NCBI RefSeq assembly: GCF_041916015.1
Contig: NZ_JAYSAH010000019.1
Location: 353-64,352, forward strand
DNA: 64,000 nucleotides
Direction of reading: 5' to 3'
Origin: Sphingopyxis sp.
Lineage (GTDB): Bacteria; Pseudomonadota; Alphaproteobacteria; Sphingomonadales; Sphingomonadaceae
The notes under the pieces were generated by a model. The model searched no databases. It was not told where the DNA came from and worked only from the letters and a program-made list of their open reading frames with translations. The translations under genes were made by a program, and so were the position numbers. Positions 16,318 to 26,069 of the stretch are shown piece after piece (position 1 is the stretch's first letter; every line of letters begins with the position of its first letter).

Positions 16318-18533
16318 CCGACTTTCTTCTCGAACTGCGCAGCGAGGAAATTCCGGCACGGATGCAGGCCGGTGCGCGCGCCGAGCTGGAAAAATTGTTC
16401 CGCGCGCAATTGAGCGCTGCCGGGCTAGAAACGGGCGACCTCACCATCTGGTCGACCCCACGCCGCCTCGCGCTGATCGCCAAGGGTTTGCCCGAAGCGA
16501 CTGCAGCGGTCAGCGAGGAACTCAAGGGCCCGCGCAGCAGCGCGCCGCCGCAGGCACTCGAAGGCTTCCTCCGCAAGACGGGCCTGACTCAGGACCAGCT
16601 CGAAGACCGCGACGGCGTGTACTTCGCCGTGATCGACAAGCCTGGCCGCGCGACCGCCGAGGTGCTCGCCGAGGCGATCCCCGCGATCGTCCGCGGCTTT
16701 TCGTGGCCCAAGTCGATGCGCTGGGGCAAGGCCAGCGCGAGTAGCGAAAGCCTGCGCTGGGTGCGCCCGCTGTCGGGCATCGTCGCGATCTTCGGCGAAG
16801 ACTTGGTTGCGTGTGAAGTTAGCGGGATTTCCGCGGGTTTCGTGACGCGCGGCCACCGCTTTCACTGCCCGGGCGAGATTACGATCGGATCGGCGGCCGA
16901 CTATGCCGAAAAGCTGCGTGCGTGCCACGTCATCGTCGACCATGAGGAGCGGCAGGCGATCGTCCGCGACGGTGCCGCGAAAGCCGCAGCTGACGCCGGG
17001 CTGACGCTCGTCGAGGATGAGGGGCTGGTGATCGAGAATGCCGGACTCACCGAATGGCCGGTGCCCTTGCTCGGCCGCTTCGACGAAGTCTTCCTCGAAG
17101 TGCCGCCCGAGGTCATCCAGCTCACCGCCCGCGTGAACCAGAAATATTTCGTCGTGAACGGCGCCGACGGCAAGCTCGCCAACGGCTTTGTCTGCACCGC
17201 GAACATCGACGCGAAGGACGGCGGCGCGGAGATCGTCGCGGGCAACCGCAAGGTCCTCGCCGCGCGCCTCTCCGATGCGCGCTTTTTCTGGGAACAGGAC
17301 CAGAAGAAGACGCTCGCGCAGCATGCGGAGAAGCTGGCGAACATTACCTTCCACGAAAAGCTTGGCACCGTCGCCGACAAGGTCGAGCGCGTCGCGAAGC
17401 TTGCCGAATGGCTTGCGAGCGAAGGCATCGTCCCGAACTGCGACCCCGCGCTCGCGCGGCAGGCGGCCGAGCTCGCAAAGGCCGACCTCGTCACCGAAAT
17501 GGTCGGCGAATTCCCCGAGCTACAGGGCCTGATGGGCGGTTATTACGCCCGCGCCGAAGGCCTGCCCGATGCCGTCGCCGACGCGATCCGCGACCATTAC
17601 AAGCCGGTCGGGCAGGGCGATGACGTCCCGATCGCGCCGGTGACGGTGGCTGTGGCGCTGGCGGATAAGCTGGATACGGTCGTTTGCTTCTTTGCTATCG
17701 GGGAAAAGCCAACGGGATCGAAAGATCCGTTTGCCCTGCGGCGCGCGGCTCTTGGTATCCTGCGCACGCTAGAAACTTCCGGTCTTTCGTTGGGTATGGT
17801 TGAAGCTATCGAGAAGGCGCATCTGCTGTACATTGAGAGACTTGCGGTCGGCATCAGTTTCTCTGATCTTCCCAAACCAGCTGATGGCAATAAGGGCGGC
17901 TTTTCATTTAGATCATCAGCCGATGCCACGGCCATCTACATTGGCGAAAAATTGGTCGTTACGGTTCCGACGCCCGAGGCAGGCACTTTTAAGCGTTACC
18001 TTGAGGCTAAGCAAAGCCCTGATGTACTCGAGCTACTCAACTTCTTCGCAGACCGCCTCAAAGTTCAGCAACGCGAAGCCGGTGTCCGTCATGACCTGAT
18101 CGACGCAGTTTTCGCGCTCGGGGGCGAAGATGATCTTGTTCGCCTGCTCGACCGCGTGAAGGCGCTGCAGGCGTTCATGGCGACCGAGGACGGCACCAAT
18201 CTGCTCGCGGGCTACAAGCGAGCGGCGAATATCCTGAAGCAGGCGGGCGAGGTGAGCGGTACTGCTGCCGCGGCGGCGCCGACCGACGCCGATGCCGCGT
18301 TGCTCGCCGCGCTCGACACCGCCGAACCCGCGGCCTCCGCCGCCGTCACCGAAGAACGCTTCACCGACGCGATGGCGGCGCTCGCCAGCCTGCGCGCGCC
18401 GATCGACGCCTTTTTCGAGGGCGTGATGGTCAACGATCCCGACGAAGCGGTGCGCGCCTATCGCCTCGGCCTGCTCGCGCGATTTACCGGCGCGGTGCAT
18501 GGCGTCGCGGATTTCTCGAAGATCGAGGGCTGA
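16314..18533 (+). CDS. glyS: Glycine--tRNA ligase beta subunit, with an internal low-GC insertion
   Basis: [46 protein letters not shown]; GTG 16314 overlaps the glyQ stop. Confidence 0.97.
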   Translation: MTDFLLELRSEEIPARMQAGARAELEKLFRAQLSAAGLETGDLTIWSTPRRLALIAKGLPEATAAVSEELKGPRSSAPPQALEGFLRKTGLTQDQLEDRDGVYFAVIDKPGRATAEVLAEAIPAIVRGFSWPKSMRWGKASASSESLRWVRPLSGIVAIFGEDLVACEVSGISAGFVTRGHRFHCPGEITIGSAADYAEKLRACHVIVDHEERQAIVRDGAAKAAADAGLTLVEDEGLVIENAGLTEWPVPLLGRFDEVFLEVPPEVIQLTARVNQKYFVVNGADGKLANGFVCTANIDAKDGGAEIVAGNRKVLAARLSDARFFWEQDQKKTLAQHAEKLANITFHEKLGTVADKVERVAKLAEWLASEGIVPNCDPALARQAAELAKADLVTEMVGEFPELQGLMGGYYARAEGLPDAVADAIRDHYKPVGQGDDVPIAPVTVAVALADKLDTVVCFFAIGEKPTGSKDPFALRRAALGILRTLETSGLSLGMVEAIEKAHLLYIERLAVGISFSDLPKPADGNKGGFSFRSSADATAIYIGEKLVVTVPTPEAGTFKRYLEAKQSPDVLELLNFFADRLKVQQREAGVRHDLIDAVFALGGEDDLVRLLDRVKALQAFMATEDGTNLLAGYKRAANILKQAGEVSGTAAAAAPTDADAALLAALDTAEPAASAAVTEERFTDAMAALASLRAPIDAFFEGVMVNDPDEAVRAYRLGLLARFTGAVHGVADFSKIEG

Positions 18534-18645
18534 CGCGGGCGTTATGTGCCGCAGCTTATAACGAACGAAGTAATTCTGAATCGACCAAACACGATTGCAT
18601 ACCTACCCAGCCGCAACCTCCTCCCCGGGGCAGCAGGAGCATGAC

Positions 18646-21303
18646 ATGACGAAGATGGTGCATTTGTTCGGCGGAGCGGCCACGACGGCCGAACGCTCGA
18701 AGGAATTGCTCGGCGGTAAAGGTTCGAACCTTGCCGAAATGGCCTCGATCGGCCTGCCGGTGCCCCCGGGCTTTACGATCACCACCGACGTCTGCACCGC
18801 CTACTATGCCAATGGCGAGCAATTCCCGGCGGGTCTGGTCGAGGATGTCGCTGCGGGTATCGCGCATATCGAGGAGATCACCGGCAAGCGCTTCGGCGAC
18901 GCCGCCGATCCTTTGCTCGTCTCGGTGCGTTCGGGCGCGCGCGTGTCGATGCCGGGGATGATGGATACCGTCCTCAACCTCGGGCTCAACGACAAGACGG
19001 TCGTCGGCCTGTCCGAAGCTTCGGGCGACCCGCGCTTCGCGTGGGACAGCTATCGCCGCTTCGTCCAGATGTACGCCGACGTGGTGATGGGGCTCGACCA
19101 TGCCGAGTTCGAGGAAGCGCTGGAGATCGCGAAGGAAGACAAGGGCTTCTACCTCGACACGGAGATGACCGCCGAGGATTGGCAGGCGCTGGTCAAGGAA
19201 TATCAGGCGATCGTCGAGCGCGAAACCGGCGCGCCGTTCCCGCAGGAACCGAACGACCAGCTGTGGGGCGCCGTCGGCGCGGTCTTCGCGAGCTGGGAAA
19301 GCGACCGCGCGAAGGTCTATCGCCGCCTGAATTCGATCCCCGGCGAATGGGGCACCGCGGTCAATGTGCAGGCGATGGTGTTCGGCAATATGGGCGACAC
19401 CTCGGCGACCGGCGTCGCCTTCACGCGCGATCCTGCCACGGGCGAGCGCGCCTGGTACGGCGAATGGCTGATCAATGCCCAAGGCGAAGATGTTGTTGCG
19501 GGCATCCGAACCCCGCAATATTTGACGAAGATCGCGCGCGAAAAGGCGGGCGCCAAGCCGCTGTCGATGGAAGAGGCGATGCCCGAAACCTTCGGCGAGC
19601 TCGGCCGCGTCTTCGACACGCTCGAAACGCATTATCGCGACATGCAGGACATCGAGTTCACCGTCGAACGCGGGACGCTCTGGATGCTTCAGACTCGCTC
19701 GGGCAAGCGCACCGCCAAAGCGGCGCTGCGCATCGCTGTCGAGATGGCCGCCGAAGGGCTGATCACCGAAGAGGAAGCCGTCGGCCGCGTCGATCCGGGC
19801 GCGCTCGACCAGCTTCTCCACCCGACGCTCGACCCGAAGGCGCCGCGCGACGTGCTGACGAAGGGGCTGCCCGCCAGCCCCGGGGCCGCGTCGGGCAAGA
19901 TCATGTTCGATGCCGACAGCGCCGAAAAGGCCGCCGGCATGGGCGAGGCGGTGATCCTCGTCCGCGTCGAAACGTCGCCCGAGGATATCCACGGCATGCA
20001 CGCGGCGAAGGGCATTTTGACCGCGCGCGGCGGGATGACCAGCCACGCGGCGGTCGTCGCGCGCGGCATGGGCCGCCCCTGCGTTTCGGGCGCGGGCGGG
20101 CTGGCGATCGACGGCAACGCGCGCGTGCTGCGCGTCGCGGGGCGCGAACTGCGCGAAGGCGACATCCTGACCCTCGACGGTTCGACCGGCGAGGTGATGG
20201 CGGGCGAGGTTCCGACCCTGCTGCCCGAACTGGTCGGCGATTTCGGCACGCTGATGGGCTGGGCCGACAAGGTCCGCCGCATGAAGGTGCGCACCAACGC
20301 CGAAACCCCCGCCGACGCGCAGGTCGCGCGCGATTTCGGTGCCGAGGGCATCGGCCTTTGCCGCACCGAACATATGTTCTTCGATGCCGCGCGCATCACC
20401 GCGGTGCGCGAGATGATCCTCGCCGACAGCGAGGACGGCCGCCGCGCCGCGCTCGCCAAGCTGCTGCCCGAACAGCGCGGCGACTTCGCCGAGATCTTCC
20501 GCGTAATGGCCGGGCTGCCCGTGACCATTCGCCTGCTCGATCCGCCGCTCCACGAATTCCTGCCGACGCGCGAGGAGGATTTCGCCGATGTTGCCGCCGC
20601 CGCGGGCGTCGGGATCGAGGCGCTCAAGGCGCGCGCCAACGAGCTTCACGAATTCAACCCGATGCTCGGCCACCGCGGCTGCCGCCTCGGTGTCACCTAT
20701 CCCGAAATCTATGAGATGCAGGCGCGCGCGATCTTCGAGGCGGCGTGCGACGTCGCCGCCGAAACCGGCGCCGCGCCGATCCCCGAGGTGATGATCCCGC
20801 TGGTCGCGACGCGCCGCGAGTTCGACCTGATGAAGGCGGTCGTCGATGCGCAGGCCAAGGCGGTGTTCGCCGAAAAGGGCCGCGAGATCGCCTATCTCGT
20901 CGGCACGATGATCGAACTGCCGCGCGCCGCGCTGATGGCGGGCGAGATCGCCGAAACGGCCGAATTCTTCTCCTTCGGCACCAACGACCTCACCCAAACG
21001 ACGATCGGCATCAGCCGCGACGATGCGGGCCGCTTCCTGACGCAATATGTCGACAAGGGCATTTTCGTCACCGACCCCTTCGTCAGCCTTGATGTCGAGG
21101 GTGTCGGCCAACTCATCGAACTTGCCGCAGCGCGCGGTCGCGGCACGCGGGCGGGCATCAAGCTCGGCATCTGCGGCGAGCATGGCGGCGATGCGCCGAG
21201 CATTCATTTCTGCGAGAAAACGGGGCTCGATTACGTCAGCGCCTCGCCTTACCGCGTGCCGATCGCGCGGCTTGCGGCGGCGCAGGCGGCCCTCAGAAAA
21301 TAA
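18646..21303 (+). CDS. ppdK: Pyruvate, phosphate dikinase
   Basis: LLGGKG, SVRSGARVSMPGMMDT, GGMTSHAAVVARGMG, FSFGTNDLTQ, GICGEHGGD; GGAG RBS. Confidence 0.98.
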   Translation: MTKMVHLFGGAATTAERSKELLGGKGSNLAEMASIGLPVPPGFTITTDVCTAYYANGEQFPAGLVEDVAAGIAHIEEITGKRFGDAADPLLVSVRSGARVSMPGMMDTVLNLGLNDKTVVGLSEASGDPRFAWDSYRRFVQMYADVVMGLDHAEFEEALEIAKEDKGFYLDTEMTAEDWQALVKEYQAIVERETGAPFPQEPNDQLWGAVGAVFASWESDRAKVYRRLNSIPGEWGTAVNVQAMVFGNMGDTSATGVAFTRDPATGERAWYGEWLINAQGEDVVAGIRTPQYLTKIAREKAGAKPLSMEEAMPETFGELGRVFDTLETHYRDMQDIEFTVERGTLWMLQTRSGKRTAKAALRIAVEMAAEGLITEEEAVGRVDPGALDQLLHPTLDPKAPRDVLTKGLPASPGAASGKIMFDADSAEKAAGMGEAVILVRVETSPEDIHGMHAAKGILTARGGMTSHAAVVARGMGRPCVSGAGGLAIDGNARVLRVAGRELREGDILTLDGSTGEVMAGEVPTLLPELVGDFGTLMGWADKVRRMKVRTNAETPADAQVARDFGAEGIGLCRTEHMFFDAARITAVREMILADSEDGRRAALAKLLPEQRGDFAEIFRVMAGLPVTIRLLDPPLHEFLPTREEDFADVAAAAGVGIEALKARANELHEFNPMLGHRGCRLGVTYPEIYEMQARAIFEAACDVAAETGAAPIPEVMIPLVATRREFDLMKAVVDAQAKAVFAEKGREIAYLVGTMIELPRAALMAGEIAETAEFFSFGTNDLTQTTIGISRDDAGRFLTQYVDKGIFVTDPFVSLDVEGVGQLIELAAARGRGTRAGIKLGICGEHGGDAPSIHFCEKTGLDYVSASPYRVPIARLAAAQAALRK

Positions 21304-21310
21304 TCGCGCA

Positions 21311-21341
21311 AAGGGGGTTGCGCGACTCCGCGCAGCCCCTT
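21311..21341. terminator. Hairpin after ppdK, overlapping the likely tRNA promoter
   Basis: AAGGGGGTTGCGCG-ACTC-CGCGCAGCCCCTT stem-loop; contains TTGCGC followed by TAAAGG and a GC-rich discriminator. Confidence 0.5.
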
Positions 21342-21357
21342 AAAGGCGCGTCTCCAC

Positions 21358-21434
21358 GCACCCGTAGCTCAGCTGGATAGAGCACCAGACTACGAATCTG
21401 GGGGTCGGACGTTCGAATCGTTCCGGGTGCGCCA
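21358..21434 (+). tRNA. tRNA-Arg(ACG)
   Basis: GCACCCGTAGCTCAGCTGGATAGAGCACCAGACTACGAATCTGGGGGTCGGACGTTCGAATCGTTCCGGGTGCGCCA: 77 nt, anticodon ACG, encoded CCA. Confidence 0.97.
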
Positions 21435-21562
21435 TTCCCCTTCTATCGGCGAAAATTCTGGCGCGAGGTCGCGCCCGCGCATAGCTATGCGCTGTTGCAT
21501 CGCCGCTGCGCGTGCGACATTCCGGCGCCGACCCGGCTGCAACGGACCGGCAAGGGAGAGTC

Positions 21563-22534
21563 ATGAGCGAAGCCATTGTCACGGTCGATATCGGCGGCAC
21601 CCACGCGCGCTTCGCGATTGCGGATGTCGAGGCGGGGCGGGTCGTCTCGCTCGGCCCCGAAACGACGCTCCACACGAAAGATCATGCGAGCTTCCAGACC
21701 GCCTGGCAGGAATTCGAGCGTCAGCAGGGCGGGGCGCTGCCGCGCGCGGTCGCGATCGCGATCGCCGGCCCGACGCGCGGCGAGATCATCCGATTCACCA
21801 ACAATCCCTGGATCATCCGTCCGGCGCTGATCGGCGAGAAGCTGAATGTCGATCGCTATGCGCTCGTCAATGATTTCGAGGCGGTGGGACACGCGGTGGC
21901 GCAGGCCGAGGCGCGCTATTTCGAGCGGCTGACCGGACCCGACGCGCCGCTTCCCGCGAAGGGCACGATCAGCGTCATCGGCCCCGGCACCGGGCTCGGG
22001 GTCGCGCATGTCTGGCGCGACGACACCGGCTATCGCGTCCAGGCGACCGAGGGCGGGCATATCGACTTTGCGCCGCTCGACAGCATTGAGGATGCGATCC
22101 TCGCCCGCCTGAGAAAGCGCCACCGCCGCGTGTCGATCGAGCGTATCGTGTCGGGCCCCGGGATCGTCGATATTTACGAAACATTGGCGAGCATGGAGGG
22201 ACGCGCGATCACGCCGCAGGGCGACCGCACCATCTGGACGGCGGCGATGAGCGGCGAGGATGCGCTGGCCGCTGCCGCCGCCGATCGTTTCTGCCTGTCG
22301 CTCGGCAGCGTCGCGGGCGACCTTGCGCTCGCGCAGGGGGCGAGCGGCGTCGTGATCGCGGGCGGCCTTGGCCTCCGCATCCGCGACCAGCTCGTCCGTT
22401 CGGGCTTTCCTGAGCGTTTCGTCGCCAAGGGCCGGTTCGAGAATTTCATGGCGGCGCTGCCCGTCAAGCTGATCACCCATCCCCAGCCGGGATTGTTCGG
22501 CGCGGCCGCGGCCTTCGCGCGCCAGCGCGGCTGA
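21563..22534 (+). CDS. glk: Glucokinase
   Basis: DIGGTHARF, LVNDFEA, GPGTGLGVA, EGGHIDF, SIERIVSGPG; GGGAG RBS. Confidence 0.95.
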   Translation: MSEAIVTVDIGGTHARFAIADVEAGRVVSLGPETTLHTKDHASFQTAWQEFERQQGGALPRAVAIAIAGPTRGEIIRFTNNPWIIRPALIGEKLNVDRYALVNDFEAVGHAVAQAEARYFERLTGPDAPLPAKGTISVIGPGTGLGVAHVWRDDTGYRVQATEGGHIDFAPLDSIEDAILARLRKRHRRVSIERIVSGPGIVDIYETLASMEGRAITPQGDRTIWTAAMSGEDALAAAAADRFCLSLGSVAGDLALAQGASGVVIAGGLGLRIRDQLVRSGFPERFVAKGRFENFMAALPVKLITHPQPGLFGAAAAFARQRG

Positions 22535-22577
22535 AATTCCGCTGGCGCACGCCGACGAAAATCGGCAGCAAGGGGGC

Positions 22578-23318
22578 ATGTCCTCGCGCCCCGTCCTCGG
22601 TATTATCGCCTGCAACCGCACGGTCGGGAGCGAGGTCGCGCAGGTGGTGATCAACCGCTATGCGACCGCTGCAATGCGACACGCCGATTGCGCGGCGCTG
22701 ATCATCCCGTCGCTTCCCGATTATATGAAGGCGAGCGAGGTCGCGGGGCGGCTCGACGGCGTGCTGCTGACCGGCACCCCCTCCAATGTCGAGCCGGCGC
22801 GCTATGGCGACCCGGCGGCGGGGGAGGGGCCGTTCGATCCCGACCGCGACTGCATGATGCTTGAATTGGTCGAAGCGGTGATTGAGGCGCAGCGGCCCTT
22901 GTTCGGTATCTGCCGCGGCTTTCAGGAAATCAACGTCGCGCTGGGCGGGACGCTGCGGCGCGACACGTCGGCGAACGAGCATCTGCTGCATCACCATGCC
23001 GCCGGCGGCGTGGCGTTCGATGCGATGTTCGACCATCATCACAAGGTCGATCTGGTCGAGGGCGGGCTGCTCGCGGAGGCCTATGAAGTACCATCGCTCG
23101 ACGTGAACTCGGTGCATTATCAGGGCATCGGCCAGCTTGCCGACGGGCTGATTGTCGAGGCGCGGGCACCCGATGGGCTCGTCGAGGCGTACAGCGCGCG
23201 TCCGAACGGCGCGCCCTTGCTTGCAGTGCAATGGCATCCCGAATGGGCGGCGGACGATCATGAGCAGAGCCAGACCTATTTCCGCCTGCTCGGGCGGGCC
23301 CTGCGGGGCGCGTTATGA
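22578..23318 (+). CDS. puuD: Gamma-glutamyl-gamma-aminobutyrate hydrolase (peptidase C26)
   Basis: LDGVLLTG, FGICRGFQEINVALGG, VNSVHYQ, AVQWHPE; lies in the polyamine cluster. Confidence 0.85.
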   Translation: MSSRPVLGIIACNRTVGSEVAQVVINRYATAAMRHADCAALIIPSLPDYMKASEVAGRLDGVLLTGTPSNVEPARYGDPAAGEGPFDPDRDCMMLELVEAVIEAQRPLFGICRGFQEINVALGGTLRRDTSANEHLLHHHAAGGVAFDAMFDHHHKVDLVEGGLLAEAYEVPSLDVNSVHYQGIGQLADGLIVEARAPDGLVEAYSARPNGAPLLAVQWHPEWAADDHEQSQTYFRLLGRALRGAL

Positions 23319-23396
23319 ACCGCTGCGTTACCCGCTATAACCGCTACCTCGCACGGCTCGGATTTTCGCCCTGACCGGAAAGCCAGCTTCTCGTCT

Positions 23397-23478
23397 CCGT
23401 TCGTGTCGAGCGAAGTCGAGATACCCATCGTCGTGGCGCAGGGTCGAGGGACATCTCCACCGCGCCCGATGCGAACGG
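23397..23478. repeat. Degenerate palindromic REP-like element (CCGTTCGTGTCGAGCGAAGTCGAGA ... GCGAACGG)
   Basis: Terminal arms CCGTTCG/CGAACGG; the left arm is intact and the right arm decayed. Confidence 0.55.
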
Positions 23479-23501
23479 ACTTCTGGATCAGGAACAAATA
23501 T

Positions 23502-24875
23502 ATGCCCCGCAATCATGACATCGCCGAACTGCGCCGCCTCGACATCGCGCACCATCTGCCCGCGCAGGCCGACTGGGCCGAGATCGAAAGGCTAGGCGGC
23601 AGCCGCATCATCACCCATGCCGAGGGCGCGTACATCACCGATGGCGACGGCCACCGCATCCTCGACGGCATGGCGGGCCTCTGGTGCGTCAACGTCGGCT
23701 ATGGCCGCGAGGAGTTGGTCGAGGCGGCGGCGGCGCAGATGCGCGAGCTGCCCTTCTACAACACTTTCTTCAAGACCGCGACGCCGCCGACGGTGACGCT
23801 CGCGGCAAAGGTCGCCGAACTCACGGGCCAGCGCCTGCCGCATATTTTCTTCAATGCGTCGGGCAGCGAGGCGAACGATACCGTCTTTCGCATGGTGCGC
23901 CACTATTGGAAACTGAAGGGCGAGCCGAAGCGCACGGTCTTCATCAGCCGCTGGAACGCCTATCATGGATCGACCGTCGCTGGCGTCTCGCTCGGCGGGA
24001 TGAAAGCCATGCACGCGCAGGGCGACCTGCCGATCCCCGGTGTCGAACATGTCCGCCAGCCGTATTTCTATGGCGAAGGGCAGGGGATGAGCGAGGAGGA
24101 TTTCTGCAACGCCTGCGTGAAGGCGATCGAGGACAGGATCCTCGAGGTCGGTCCCGAAAATTGCGCCGCCTTCATCGGCGAGCCGGTGCAGGGCGCGGGC
24201 GGCGTGATCATCCCGCCGAAGGGCTATTGGCCGAAGGTCGAGGCGGTCGTCCGCAAATATGGCCTGCTGCTGGTGTCCGACGAGGTGATTTGCGGCTTCG
24301 GGCGTACCGGCAAGATGTGGGGGCACGAGACGATGGGCTTTACCCCCGACCTGATGCCGATGGCGAAAGGGCTGTCGTCGGGTTACCTCCCGATATCCGC
24401 CACCGCGGTCGCTAGCCATGTCGTCGATGTGCTGAAGACCGGCGGCGATTTCGTCCATGGCTTCACTTACTCGGGGCATCCGGTCTGCGCCGCCGTGGCG
24501 CTCAAGAATATCGAGATCATCGAACGTGAGGGACTCGTCGAACGCACCGGCAGCGTCACTGGCCCGCATCTGGCGAAGGCGCTCGCGACGCTGAACGATC
24601 ACCCGCTCGTCGGGGAAACGCGCTCGATCGGCCTGCTCGGCGCGCTTGAGATCGTCGCCGACAAGGAAAGCCGCGCGCGCTTTGGTGGCGCCGAAGGAAC
24701 GGCGGGACCGCTGGCGCGTGACGCCTGCATCGCGAACGGGCTGATGGTGCGCGGCATCCGCGACACGCTGGTCATGTGCCCGCCGCTGATCATCACGACC
24801 GAACAAATCGACGAGATGGTTGCCATCATCCGCAAATCTCTCGATGAGATCGAACCCAGACTCCGCGCACTCTAA
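23502..24875 (+). CDS. Class III PLP aminotransferase (putrescine/polyamine-pyruvate, SpuC-like)
   Basis: LDGMAGLWCVNVGYG, SGSEAND, EPVQGAGG, DEVICGFGRTG, MAKGLSSGY, HGFTYSGHP. Confidence 0.9.
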   Translation: MPRNHDIAELRRLDIAHHLPAQADWAEIERLGGSRIITHAEGAYITDGDGHRILDGMAGLWCVNVGYGREELVEAAAAQMRELPFYNTFFKTATPPTVTLAAKVAELTGQRLPHIFFNASGSEANDTVFRMVRHYWKLKGEPKRTVFISRWNAYHGSTVAGVSLGGMKAMHAQGDLPIPGVEHVRQPYFYGEGQGMSEEDFCNACVKAIEDRILEVGPENCAAFIGEPVQGAGGVIIPPKGYWPKVEAVVRKYGLLLVSDEVICGFGRTGKMWGHETMGFTPDLMPMAKGLSSGYLPISATAVASHVVDVLKTGGDFVHGFTYSGHPVCAAVALKNIEIIEREGLVERTGSVTGPHLAKALATLNDHPLVGETRSIGLLGALEIVADKESRARFGGAEGTAGPLARDACIANGLMVRGIRDTLVMCPPLIITTEQIDEMVAIIRKSLDEIEPRLRAL

Positions 24876-24895
24876 AGAGGAAAGTTCAAACCTTT

Positions 24896-25834
24896 ATGCC
24901 ATCCGGCCTTTTTGCCCTGCTCGACGACGTTGCCACCATCGCCAAGGTCGCAGCTTCGAGCATCGACGATATCGGTGCCGCGGCGTCGAAGGCCGGGGCC
25001 AAGGCGGCGGGGGTCGTGGTCGACGATACCGCGGTGACGCCGCGCTATGTGACCGGCTTTACCCCCGACCGCGAACTGCCGATCATCTGGCGGATCACCA
25101 AGGGATCGCTGTTCAACAAGCTGGTGCTGATCCTGCCGGCGCTGCTGCTGCTCTCGACCTTCCTGCCGTGGGCGATCACGCCGCTCCTGATGGTTGGCGG
25201 CGCCTATCTCTGCTTCGAGGGCGCCGAGAAGGTCATCCATTCGCTCCAGGAGGACAAGACGAGCCTCGCCGAGGATGCCGAGATCGTCGCCGACAAGAAT
25301 CACGAAGAGACGATGGTGAAGGGCGCGGTGCGTACCGATTTCATCCTGTCGGCGGAGATCATGGTGATCGCGCTGAACGAAGTGCTCGACGAGCATCTGG
25401 TGATGCGCGGCGCGACGCTCGCGCTCGTCGCGGTCATCATCACCGTCGCGGTCTATGGCGTCGTCGGGCTGATCGTTAAGATGGACGACATCGGCCTTCA
25501 CATGGCGAAGGAAGGCAATAAGGCGCGCCGCGCGGTCGGGCGCGGTTTGGTCGATTTCATGCCGAAGCTGCTCGCCGCGCTCGCGACGATCGGCACCGCG
25601 GCGATGCTGTGGGTCGGCGGTCAGATCGTGCTGCACGGGCTTCACGAATATCATATCGGCGGCATTGCCGAAGCGCTGGAAGCGCTGGCGCATTCCGTCG
25701 CGGGAGGCCTGCCGCTTGAAGGGCTTTGGACCTGGCTGATCAAGGCCGCCGGCGACGGCATCTTCGGGCTGTTGCTGGGCGGGGTGATCGTCGGGGTTTT
25801 GCACGTCCTGCCGGGCAAGAAAGCGGCGCATTGA
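24896..25834 (+). CDS. DUF808 (YedI-like) inner membrane protein
   Basis: GLFALLDDVA, GVVVDDTAVTP, RELPIIWRI, AVRTDFILSAEIM, VKMDDIGL. Confidence 0.9.
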   Translation: MPSGLFALLDDVATIAKVAASSIDDIGAAASKAGAKAAGVVVDDTAVTPRYVTGFTPDRELPIIWRITKGSLFNKLVLILPALLLLSTFLPWAITPLLMVGGAYLCFEGAEKVIHSLQEDKTSLAEDAEIVADKNHEETMVKGAVRTDFILSAEIMVIALNEVLDEHLVMRGATLALVAVIITVAVYGVVGLIVKMDDIGLHMAKEGNKARRAVGRGLVDFMPKLLAALATIGTAAMLWVGGQIVLHGLHEYHIGGIAEALEALAHSVAGGLPLEGLWTWLIKAAGDGIFGLLLGGVIVGVLHVLPGKKAAH

Positions 25835-26069
25835 CCTTTTGATCTCACTGGGAGCCTCAAAAAAGCCTCGCATACGTACATATGATTCGTGTCTTTTGTG
25901 GCTTTAAGGCGACAAAGGATACGTATGGGCGCGTCGGAAATGTCTCCTTTGTCGCTTTAAGCCCTGCGGCTTCAGGCGAACGACATCGAATGCCATGCGA
26001 CGGAGAGAAAGAGCCGAAGATCGGGCTCGCACATTAAAATAATGTAGGAAAGTTTTTTCGGGATGGGCG

